Below, piece by piece: positions 30,586-39,329 of a stretch of 44,160 nucleotides of DNA. A program made the position numbers and the translations under genes. The notes beneath the pieces were generated by a model that saw only the letters and a program-made list of their open reading frames with translations, did not search any database and was not told the origin of the DNA. Position 1 is the stretch's first letter. The number at the start of each line of letters is the position of its first letter. Source of the stretch: Promethearchaeota archaeon (lineage in GTDB: Archaea; Asgardarchaeota; Lokiarchaeia; Sigyniarchaeales; SOKP01); contig JAEOTA010000015.1 of NCBI GenBank assembly GCA_016840085.1, forward strand, positions 1 through 44,160, given 5' to 3'.

Positions 30586-30589
30586 TTTA

Positions 30590-31509
30590 TTACCTCCTAA
30601 GAGATTTTTTTGTTAATTTAAAAAATACATCCTCAAGTGAAGCTCTTGTCATTTCAATTTTAGTTGATTTGTACCCGATTTTATCAAGAGATCTTATTAT
30701 ATTTGGTATTATTTCTTCTGGATTTTCACAATATATCCTATACCCATCGTTAATTTCTAATAATTTTTCATCTTCGCTAAATTTCCCAAGAGTCTTAGCA
30801 ATTTTCTTGTTTTTTACAATAGTCTCAATATTTACGACATTTTTTAAACCACTTATTTTTTTTAACTTTTCAGGTTCATCTTCTACAATAATTACTCCTT
30901 CATCTATAAGTCCAACAATTGAAGCAAGCTCCGCATCTCTCCAATATGAGTAACAAGTAAAATGGTGGTACCCTCATTATTTATCTCTTTTATCAAATCA
31001 TAAAACTCTCTTCTCGCAAAAGGATCTAAACCGGTTGTTGGTTCATCTAAAATTAATAGTTTTATTCCAGGAAATAATCCAGTCGCAACTTCTAATTTTT
31101 TCCGCATTCCTCCAGAGTAATTTGATACTTTCTTTTCTGCATCACTTGATAATCCCATTTTTTCTAATATATTCTCAACTATTTTTTTTGCTTCATGAGT
31201 TGAGAAACCATTCAGTTTTGCAAAATACATTAGATTTTCCTTACCCGTTAAAAGAGGAGAAGAAAAATTCTCTTGAGGAACATAGCTTAATAAACCCTTT
31301 GCCTTAACTGGCTCTTTTCCAAAAATTTTTACTTTTCCGCTAGTAGGCAGAATCACGGAAGATATAATGGATACAAATATTGTTTTCCCTGAACCATTTG
31401 GTCCCATAAGTATATAGAATTCTCCTTCTTTTACCTTTAAATTTATTCCTTTTAGAATTTCTCTATCATCGTACCTTTTTATCAAATTTTCTATAAATAT
31501 TGCATCCAT
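30590..31509 (-). pseudogene. ABC exporter ATPase with a 1-nt frameshift near 30936
   Basis: GPNGSGKT, YSGGM, ILDEPT and VTH in the first frame. The -1 frame continues DAELASIVGLIDEG...ASLEDVFLKLT to TAA at 30590, next to the permease start. A sequencing error is possible. Confidence 0.8.
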
Positions 31510-31903
31510 TCAGACACCAGATTCCTTAAACTCCATTTATTATAAGAAATAAAAAATTTTTTTCCTTCAGTAGAAGCTGATGAAAATTTTATATTTAAAT
31601 GATCTATAGACCAATTTTTATCATATAAATCTCTTTCGGAACTTTGATTCGTTTGTTATTTATCGTAATATTGTCTTCTTTCTTTGAAGCTTCAGATATT
31701 TTATATTATAATAGAAGATAAAATATTCCATCTTGAAAGAATCGACCTAGTTTCTAGGATACCAAGAATTAATGATTTTATCAATTTTACTTCCATTTTA
31801 TGATAATTTCTTCAAAAATTTTACAAAATTGAATATTCATTTATCTTTAACATCTTGAAGGAAAAATTTTTTTGTTTTCAGATAATATTCTATTCTACTA
31901 AAA

Positions 31904-33016
31904 ATGAAAAGAGTGAAAAAAATGGATGAGTTTAATCTGAAGCGATTTTTCATGCTCGAGAATCATGAAACTCTGTTTAAACAAGCAATAACACCTAAAT
32001 CATGTGGAGGGGGTGATCAATTTAAATATTTTGCTCTTTTAGGAGATTATATCATTAATTTATCTCTTTTTTACTACTTTTCAGAGAAAGGTATTAAAAA
32101 TTCAGGTATATTAACAAGCAAAATTATGTCAGTTCATAATGAATGGACACTTTGCAAACTAGGTGAATATTTTGAGATAGTTTCTCAAATGGTACCACTT
32201 GATCCTAATCATAAAATCACTGATAAAGAGTTAAAAGAATGTATTGAAGCTTTGATTGGATTGAATTATAAAATTCATGACCTTACAAAAAGTGAAATAA
32301 TTATTAAGGAACTAATGAATATTATTGAGGAAAACCAATTTTTTGATTTAAATCCCATTGGTGAACTAATAGAATTTTTTCAAAAAAATGGGAAAAATTT
32401 AATTTTTCCTGATGCTGAAAGAGTTGGTGGAAAGGATCATGCTCCATTATTTTGTTGTACGATAAAAGAAGTTATTTTTAATAAGGAATTTCATATAATC
32501 AGCGAAAAGTTCAGTAGAAAATGTTATGCTAGGAAGGATGCTGCTCAAAAGTTTTTAGCTAAACTAGAGTTAACAGGTAAAAATAGTATAGATATTAAAT
32601 CTGAAAGGAAAAAAGAGATTTCAAAATCTCCTACACAATCTTTATCAAATGAAGATCTTAATTTTTCAAAATCAACTATAGGGGGAGGTTATTTTAAGCA
32701 TGATGAGTTTCAATTAAGTTCAGGAACTAGTGAAACTCTATATGATTGGGCAAAACGTAAGTCAATTAAAAATCCATTTTCTATGTTACTGCTATTGAAT
32801 GCTAGACTAGATGATGTTACAGGCTCTAGCTGGCATGCTTCTTTACCTACTGGTGATTTGATTCTTTTAAATATAAGCCTTAAAGATCAAGTTTATTTTG
32901 AAATAGGATTTGCCGAATCTAAAAATAAAGCAAAGAAAGAAGCAACAAGGAAAATTATTGACAATTCAAAACTATTTGAATGGCTAAAAACAAGATATGA
33001 AAATACACGAATTTAG
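31904..33016 (+). CDS. Ribonuclease III-family protein with two dsRNA-binding domains
   Basis: FALLGD and KECIEALIG (RNase III signatures). dsRBD1: NPIGELIE..GGKDHAPLF..RKCYARKDAAQKFL. dsRBD2: NPFSML..GFAESKNKAKKEATRKI. Likely start ATG 31922. Confidence 0.8.
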   Translation: MKRVKKMDEFNLKRFFMLENHETLFKQAITPKSCGGGDQFKYFALLGDYIINLSLFYYFSEKGIKNSGILTSKIMSVHNEWTLCKLGEYFEIVSQMVPLDPNHKITDKELKECIEALIGLNYKIHDLTKSEIIIKELMNIIEENQFFDLNPIGELIEFFQKNGKNLIFPDAERVGGKDHAPLFCCTIKEVIFNKEFHIISEKFSRKCYARKDAAQKFLAKLELTGKNSIDIKSERKKEISKSPTQSLSNEDLNFSKSTIGGGYFKHDEFQLSSGTSETLYDWAKRKSIKNPFSMLLLLNARLDDVTGSSWHASLPTGDLILLNISLKDQVYFEIGFAESKNKAKKEATRKIIDNSKLFEWLKTRYENTRI

Positions 33017-33180
33017 TTGGCACCTATTGAATTCTAGATCGATTGTATAGTTAATTCCCAAGTCATCGAACCAGTAACTAACGCGAAAAATTACACCAAA
33101 TTTCCTGTTAATTGTTAACTCCAATCATTTTCATGCCTTTGTAAATAAAGTATTTGTTTATTTCCCAATATATTGGATTT
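33014..33180 (-). pseudogene. Decayed fragment paralogous to the C-terminal half of 41155-41667
   Basis: IYWEINKYFIYKGMKMIGVNN*..GVIFRVSYWFDDLGINYTI versus LHWEMTKCFAFEGMKRIGVNKQYECGVIYRVSCWLDALGINHTI; contains a stop and a frameshift. Confidence 0.8.
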
Positions 33181-33215
33181 TTTTAAGAAAGTTATATTTA
33201 AATTATTTATACATT

Positions 33216-33410
33216 TTATTTTTTAATTCCTTCCGCGTCTAATCGCTCATTACACGACTCATCGCATCGCTGTTTGAAAGGTTTGCTCCTGCCGACATGA
33301 AAAAACACCACATTTTCATAGATCTCATTGAATCAATAGACCATGTGGCACAGCTTCGCCAGATGCGGGTAATTGATCTTCCATTTCTTATTGATTTGTT
33401 GGATTGCTAA
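33216..33410 (-). pseudogene. 3' remnant of a ribonuclease HI-like gene (copy B)
   Basis: LAIQQINKKWKINYPHLAKLCHMVY*FNEIYENVVFFHVGRSKPFKQRCDESCNERLDAEGIKK*; the Q.N..WK...L and HV.R...D..N..LD pattern of RNase HI. No start; internal TGA. Confidence 0.75.
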
Positions 33411-33415
33411 ATTTA

Positions 33416-34312
33416 TCAATCCTTCTTGATTTTTGGAATTAATTCCTTAGCTATTTGCTTAAATTTTGATAATTGATTTGGTTCACGGGGGTAGTAAAAG
33501 ATGAATTCATTAATTCCAATATCTTTAAACTGTCCAACAATACCTCGAAAATTTTCTTCTGATTCAAAAATTGAGTTGAAACATTCACCATAAAACAGGA
33601 AAGAACGATTTATTGCTTGAGGATTGCGTCCTATTTCATTGCAGTATTGATTCAGAAACTCATTTCTTTCATGGGTTTTTTTAAGCATCTTTTCTGCAGG
33701 TGTATTCCAATCTCCTCCTAATGAGTTCCATGTATCGGCATATTGAGCTGCGATTTTCAACATTCTTTTACCCATTGCTGCTATTGTTAGAGGGGGTCGT
33801 GGTTTTTGGATCGGTGATGGATGCATATAGGCATTTTTAATTGAATAATATTTTCCTTCATAGCTTATTTCTCTATTTCGCAAGCATTTATCGATAATTT
33901 CTACTTGTTCTTTGAAGCGTTCTACACGTTCATGTGGTGTCCAATCATCAATTCCAATCATATCATAAACAGGATCTGTTTCACCTGATACTCCTGAACC
34001 GAGTCCCAATTCAAGTCTTCCATTTGAGATATGATCTACAGTTAAAGCTTGTCGAGCTAAGATTGCTGGATGGCGTAATGGTATTGATGTCACTAATGTT
34101 CCAATCCTAATCCTTTCAGTAACAGTTGCTAATGCTGAGAGTAATGTCCATGCTTCGAACCAATTATCAGTTGGATCATAAGGGTCTAAAAAGTGATCAG
34201 CTAACCAAATACTATCAAATCCTAAAGCTTCAATATCTTTCCAACGTTGAACTTCTTTCTCCCATGACAACCGTTGAATGGTCATTATACCAAATCGTAA
34301 TTCTTTACTCAT
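33416..34312 (-). CDS. LLM-class flavin/F420-dependent oxidoreductase
   Basis: GFDSIWLADH, EAWTLLSALA, RHPAILA, DHISNGRLELGLGSG and PIQKPRPP motifs. Confidence 0.92.
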   Translation of the reverse strand: MSKELRFGIMTIQRLSWEKEVQRWKDIEALGFDSIWLADHFLDPYDPTDNWFEAWTLLSALATVTERIRIGTLVTSIPLRHPAILARQALTVDHISNGRLELGLGSGVSGETDPVYDMIGIDDWTPHERVERFKEQVEIIDKCLRNREISYEGKYYSIKNAYMHPSPIQKPRPPLTIAAMGKRMLKIAAQYADTWNSLGGDWNTPAEKMLKKTHERNEFLNQYCNEIGRNPQAINRSFLFYGECFNSIFESEENFRGIVGQFKDIGINEFIFYYPREPNQLSKFKQIAKELIPKIKKD

Positions 34313-34529
34313 TTCTTCTAACGCCTTTTAGATTATTGGAATAAAATATTTTTCTTTCAAGCATTTTTAATAATGGTCGCTTTAAATAATCTTTTAATTA
34401 AAGCAAATAAATTATTTATTATTTAAATCTATCCCCATCTAATAGCTCATTAAATAATGGGGATGCAATTTATGGTGCATGTGCAAAGCTTAAAGTCTAA
34501 ATAACAGTAATAAAACAGGCATAATTATT

Positions 34530-34591
34530 ATTATCGAAAAGATGTCATAAAAATGTGGGGTCCAATCTATAAAATAAAGAAGAAAAAGGAG
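34530..34591 (+). repeat. Conserved leader repeat, copy 1 (hairpin + SD)
   Basis: 34530-34583 matches 40551-40604 at 50/54 nt; followed by AAAAGGAG. Confidence 0.85.
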
Positions 34592-34603
34592 AGAAGATTA
34601 ATA

Positions 34604-34825
34604 ATGTCAATTAAAAAAGCAAAGGAAAAAGAATTAGAAAAAATTCCAGATTCAGAATTAAGAAAGCCTAAAATACATGGTGGGATATTAGAAAAAGATA
34701 CTTCTGATGGTGTTAAGGAAGAAAGAGCAGAATCTAAAGTGTTAGAGAATTATATTTGTCCTCTGTGCGGATTCCAAATAAAAAGTTGTCCGAATTGTGG
34801 AACAGAGTTTACAAAATATGATTAA
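34604..34825 (+). CDS. 73-aa protein with C-terminal Zn ribbon
   Basis: CPLC...CPNCG; the GGAG SD favours ATG 34604 over 34553. Confidence 0.7.
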   Translation: MSIKKAKEKELEKIPDSELRKPKIHGGILEKDTSDGVKEERAESKVLENYICPLCGFQIKSCPNCGTEFTKYD

Positions 34826-34873
34826 TTATTACTCCAGAATTAATTAATAAAAAAACATTGGAAGTGAAACTAT

Positions 34874-35395
34874 ATGTCAAGTTTTAAATTAAAAGTCTTA
34901 TTGACAGGTGCTACAGCAGTAGACAAATCCAGCTTGGTTCAAATTTTCATTAAAAATAGGTTTCAAACAAGCTACAAGCTAACTGTTGGCGTCGATATTC
35001 TCACAAAGGATGTAGAATTTAGACAGGGTGAAACTGCGACTCTAAGCATATGGGATCTAGGAGGACAGCAACGTTTTGATTTTATTCGCAATATATTTTA
35101 TAAAGGAGCAGCTGGAGTTATATTAATTTTTGATTTAACACGAGAACAAACATATATTGAGACAAGAAAGTTACTTACTGAAATTAGAAAATTAGCTGGT
35201 CCTATCCCTTTTATTTTAATTGGAAACAATATTCAGTTAGTTGGACTGACAGACACGCAAATTATCCGAGAGAAAGCTAATGAATTTGCCAGAAATGAGG
35301 GAGGTATCTATATTGAAATGTCTCTTACTAATGAGGATATTGTTGAAGAAGCATTTCGTGAACTAACTCGTAGAATTATTGATTTAAGGAATTGA
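34874..35395 (+). CDS. Rab-like small GTPase with degenerate G1/G4 motifs
   Basis: TVGVDI, IWDLGGQQRF, FYKGA and LIFDLT (RabF-like). G1 reads GATAVDKS and G4 reads NNIQ. Confidence 0.88.
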   Translation: MSSFKLKVLLTGATAVDKSSLVQIFIKNRFQTSYKLTVGVDILTKDVEFRQGETATLSIWDLGGQQRFDFIRNIFYKGAAGVILIFDLTREQTYIETRKLLTEIRKLAGPIPFILIGNNIQLVGLTDTQIIREKANEFARNEGGIYIEMSLTNEDIVEEAFRELTRRIIDLRN

Positions 35396-35438
35396 ATTTT
35401 GGAGATGTAAGAAAATAATGGATTATCTCATAATATAT

Positions 35439-35486
35439 GGATTTCAAACAAAAAGTTGCCCGAATTGTGGAACAGAATTTATAAAA
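35439..35486 (+). repeat. Second copy of the Zn-ribbon gene 3' end (34769-34816), inside a 28-aa ORF at 35418-35504
   Basis: 43/48 nt identical; MDYLIIYGFQTKSCPNCGTEFIKELWKG*. Confidence 0.8.
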
Positions 35487-35613
35487 GAACTGTGGAAAGG
35501 ATGAGATAATATTTAGATCAGTTTATCATACTACCACCACCTACTGATCCTTCTCATCTTCTCCTCACTTTTCAATATCAGCAACTAAATTTTAAAATTA
35601 GGGGAGGGGACAA

Positions 35614-35880
35614 TTAAATGTATTGTACAAAAAAGTAAATAATATTTGAAGAAACTCTTGTCAATTCATTTTTAATCTCTTTTTCCTGAGTATTATACTC
35701 GGAATCTGAAATCAAGCCGTTCTGAAATCATTTACTTAATTCTTTCAACCTTCTTTCCAAAGAGGATCTACTCCCTTCAAGATCTATTAACTCTTGATAT
35801 AAGAAATCCTTATCTCTTTCATCGTATTTTTTATTATATTTGTTGAATTCAGTTTCCAAAATCGCTCTAAGGTGTGTTGA
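35614..35880 (-). pseudogene. Start-less 3' gene fragment (coiled coil + SHOCT-like tail)
   Basis: HLRAILETEF...LERRLKELSK*FQNGLISDSEYNTQEKEI...; one internal TGA; abuts the upstream membrane gene. Confidence 0.5.
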
Positions 35881-35901
35881 AAAAAAAGAAAGATATATAA
35901 T

Positions 35902-36609
35902 TTATTGTTTTACTCCTAAGTAGAATAGCAAAGCGCTAACAGCCATCGCAGCTCTAACAAATATTAAATAGAAACCAGGAGGAAATAAACCGTCTAATAT
36001 ACCACCGATAATATATATAAAAGCTCCTAAAGATAATAGAAAGAATTTTTTTCTAAGCACTCCAGTAGACTGAATACTTTTTCCTAAAAAGCCTATTCCA
36101 TCAAATATTAATATAGATAATAAAAAGATTAGCACTAATATGCCAGCTACAGATTCAAAAACAAGATTATCATTAATTAAATCTTCACCGGGAGTTACGG
36201 GAGTATCATATGTGATGGAACCTGATAAATCTAAAATTAGAAATACCTCGAAAATTATACCTAAGACTAAATAAATCGAAAAAATATACCACTTTTTCTT
36301 CGGCATAATAAGTTCAGCACCAAAAAACATAGCAAATAAAACGACTCCAGGAAACCACATCCAATTTATAAGACCTATTATTCCAGATGAGTTATCAATA
36401 TTGGTTTGAGTTAAAAGAACTGTTAAAAAGTCCAAGAAATCTCCCGTATAAATAAGACCAGCGAAAACATATGTTAATGCCAGATATAATAACAGATTTA
36501 AATGTGTTTTTCTTGATTTGTAAGCAACAAATAATCCGAAAACTACCGAAAAGATAAAAACACCTGATGCCGTAATTCCATTTAACCAACCTATAAAAGA
36601 TAATGCTAT
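35902..36609 (-). CDS. Multi-pass membrane protein (235 aa) with an apparent ATA start
   Basis: The frame is open and hydrophobic from ATA 36609 (IALSFIGWLNGITASG...) into the track ORF. GGTGA SD lies 6 nt upstream of ATA. Confidence 0.7.
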   Translation of the reverse strand: MALSFIGWLNGITASGVFIFSVVFGLFVAYKSRKTHLNLLLYLALTYVFAGLIYTGDFLDFLTVLLTQTNIDNSSGIIGLINWMWFPGVVLFAMFFGAELIMPKKKWYIFSIYLVLGIIFEVFLILDLSGSITYDTPVTPGEDLINDNLVFESVAGILVLIFLLSILIFDGIGFLGKSIQSTGVLRKKFFLLSLGAFIYIIGGILDGLFPPGFYLIFVRAAMAVSALLFYLGVKQ

Positions 36610-36876
36610 AAAAATTCACCTTTTTACTTATTTCAATTCTATTTGAAAAATAAATGTAATTTTTAATATTTATTTCGATAAAAATATATCAAAACATTCT
36701 TAATGTACTTTTTGTTTTTTGGGATTTCAAATAAATTTGTTTTTAATGTTATAATGAGTTAATTATTGAATTCTCTATCAAATAATCAAAAATTTTTTTA
36801 ATTTTTAACAAAAGCTCATAGCCATTGTTCCTCTTTAATGATTAATTCAATCAATTTTTAACCCCTCAGCATCTAA

Positions 36877-37422
36877 TCAATTATTACTTTTCAGCTGATA
36901 TAAGAATCCTGGAACCCATAAAGCGATTCCTACTATTGCTCCTAGAACAAAAGTAAAAGGATCATTCCATATAAGTAATTTATATACTCCTGTTATAACA
37001 AGAACTATGAATCCAATTAAAAATCTTAACGGATATTGAAACCTATTAGTTATCCCCTGATGAGCTAAATAAAAAGACAATATAATTACATGACCGCTAA
37101 ATGGAATGTTTGTAATATATCGAGTAAAAGAGAATAGGGAAATAAAAATACAATCAAGTAAGAATAAAATACAAATATTTCGTTCTTTTTTTTCGTTCCA
37201 GATCCAAATTAATTCACCTATTAAAATCCCATAAGGAAGAAAAACGGGGATCATGTATAATGGAGGTGTAAGAATGTCTAAAGTTTCAGTAGCAGTATTA
37301 ACATAAGGATATCCTATAATCCCAAAGAAAATTCCTGAAAGAATGGTCATTATCAAGCCTGTGCTATAGACTATAAGCGGTTCTCTTACAGAAGGTTTTA
37401 ATTTGCTAAGTATAACTTTCAT
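36877..37422 (-). CDS. Membrane protein, PAP2-like C-terminal motif
   Basis: Five to six TM segments; PFSGH motif. Confidence 0.65.
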   Translation of the reverse strand: MKVILSKLKPSVREPLIVYSTGLIMTILSGIFFGIIGYPYVNTATETLDILTPPLYMIPVFLPYGILIGELIWIWNEKKERNICILFLLDCIFISLFSFTRYITNIPFSGHVIILSFYLAHQGITNRFQYPLRFLIGFIVLVITGVYKLLIWNDPFTFVLGAIVGIALWVPGFLYQLKSNN

Positions 37423-37460
37423 AATTACAACCTTGTTATTCGAGATTTAAAGGAAGTTTA

Positions 37461-38822
37461 TCAACAGAGTTCTGATTCTCTCCTTCTTTCTGTCATAAGG
37501 TCTCGTATTTTTTGAAATTCATTAGGATAATATATGTAGGCTATTATCCATAGTGAAGTTCCTACAAGCCAAAATAAAAATAGTAAAAACATAGCAAATG
37601 GTAATAATGAGATATCGCGTTCAATTAATCCCGCAAAAAGTAGATTTCCAAAAATTCCACCAGTATTTATCATGACTTGATGAAGTGCGTTAGCCGTACT
37701 TCTAGCTTCCGGAACACATACTTCAGAAAAAATTGAAAAAACATTTCCTGTACTCAAAGAAACTAAAAAATATCCCAAAAAGCCAATTATTAGAAAAAAT
37801 GGCCAAAAAATCATTATTTCTAATTGAGATGTCGCAGAAATAGGTAATAAATAGAAAATCATTAAACAAACAATTCCTGAAATTAAACCTAGAACAGATA
37901 AATAAATGCGTCCTCTTATTTTCCCTGAACGATATAAAAAATCTCCAATTTTTCCCCCCAAAATTACTCCAGGTAGAATACCCACTCCAGTTAAGAGATA
38001 TAGCACTGTGGTAAATAATTCTTCATAAATTCCATTAAATCTCAAAGTAAGGTAAAAAATTCCCCAAGCGTTTATAGTTGAGACCGTAAATCCAGAAAAA
38101 AATGTATAAATTAAAATTGCTGATACAGATTTCTTCCGGATTAGGAGATCTAACCTTTCTATGTCAATTTTGTAATCATAGATAAATTTTTCTTCAAAAT
38201 CTTTAAATTCTGGTTCATCCTGACTTCGTTTAGGATCTTTTCCTTTCAGAATAAAATTAATTACTGTTAATAATCCAAAAATAAAGCCTATAGCATAAGC
38301 GAACCTCCATCCATTAGGACCAGTATAATCTCCCAAAAAGCCTCCCACAAGGATTCCCGCACCAGTGCCTAGGATTAAACCGGAAGTTATAGAAGCATAT
38401 TTCTTCCCTCGTTCTTTAGGTGAATAAAAATCGCCTATTATAGAATACCCTATTGGTATAAATGCTCCAACACCAATAGAACTGATTATTATAAAAAGCA
38501 AATAAAACTGAAAATTTGGTGAAATAAGGATGAAACCATAAGCTATGACCCATATAAGATTTGTAAACATAAAGAGCTTTTTTCGTAAATTCCTTTCCGT
38601 GATTTCATCTTCGTAATAACCAAAAAGCACAAGACTAACAGAACTTATGAGCAAATAAGATATCGAACAAATTCCAATTCCCAATTTTGTAGTTCCATGA
38701 AGGTTTAATAACAAATTATCGATATTAACAGGCATAATACCTAAACAAAAGTGAAGCATGAAAATTAGGCCCCATAATGAGTTGAAAGTTTTCTGCCTAT
38801 TTAGTTCATGTTTTTTTTTCAT
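37461..38822 (-). CDS. MFS transporter (Spinster-like)
   Basis: 12 TM segments; IIGDFYSPKERG, GWRFAY, GGKIGD and PEARSTA motifs. Confidence 0.88.
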   Translation of the reverse strand: MKKKHELNRQKTFNSLWGLIFMLHFCLGIMPVNIDNLLLNLHGTTKLGIGICSISYLLISSVSLVLFGYYEDEITERNLRKKLFMFTNLIWVIAYGFILISPNFQFYLLFIIISSIGVGAFIPIGYSIIGDFYSPKERGKKYASITSGLILGTGAGILVGGFLGDYTGPNGWRFAYAIGFIFGLLTVINFILKGKDPKRSQDEPEFKDFEEKFIYDYKIDIERLDLLIRKKSVSAILIYTFFSGFTVSTINAWGIFYLTLRFNGIYEELFTTVLYLLTGVGILPGVILGGKIGDFLYRSGKIRGRIYLSVLGLISGIVCLMIFYLLPISATSQLEIMIFWPFFLIIGFLGYFLVSLSTGNVFSIFSEVCVPEARSTANALHQVMINTGGIFGNLLFAGLIERDISLLPFAMFLLFLFWLVGTSLWIIAYIYYPNEFQKIRDLMTERRRESELC

Positions 38823-39329
38823 TTAATTTATAGCCTTTAAAGGTAATTATTCATTAATTTTAATGGTGACATAATCCTGCTGCCCTTCTTTAATACACAC
38901 TTTTGAAAAGATAAACCGGATATTCATTTATAATACCAGAGGAAGGTTAAATATAATATATTAATTTTATAACAAAAATATTAATTTTTAATAAATATTC
39001 ATATTTAGCATAAATAATATTTGAAATTATAGCCCGCAGGAGGCACGCTTTATTTTTATTGAATTTAAACCTTTATTTAATACTTTTGTGATTAAAAAAG
39101 AGTATTTTTATTTCCACTTTAGAAAATGGCTGAAATTTAATTAATTGATTTAAATTCTTTTATGTCATGTGAAAAATCGGCAGAATTGAGAGATTTATAA
39201 GGGTGTATTGTTTTTTGATATATTGGGTTGAGAGAATTAGATTAATAAATCAACTTTTTATAATATAAAATATAGATTCCGTATGCAATTTAGGAGATAT
39301 AATTTCTCAAGAGTGGGTTTTTTTATCTA

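Noticed and set aside
30920-30950. Programmed -1 frameshift in the ABC ATPase
   Set aside because: No slippery heptamer at GGA GAG ATG; a 1-nt deletion or assembly error is simpler.
5387-33342. The repeat pair as a DGR template/variable region
   Set aside because: Mismatches are not confined to adenines of one copy on either strand, there is no reverse transcriptase in the window, and neither copy lies in an intact target gene.
33216-35880. Selenocysteine readthrough of in-frame TGA codons in the fragments
   Set aside because: The TGA in RNase H copy B aligns to Gln in copy A, not Cys. The fragments lack starts and no SECIS-like element was seen.
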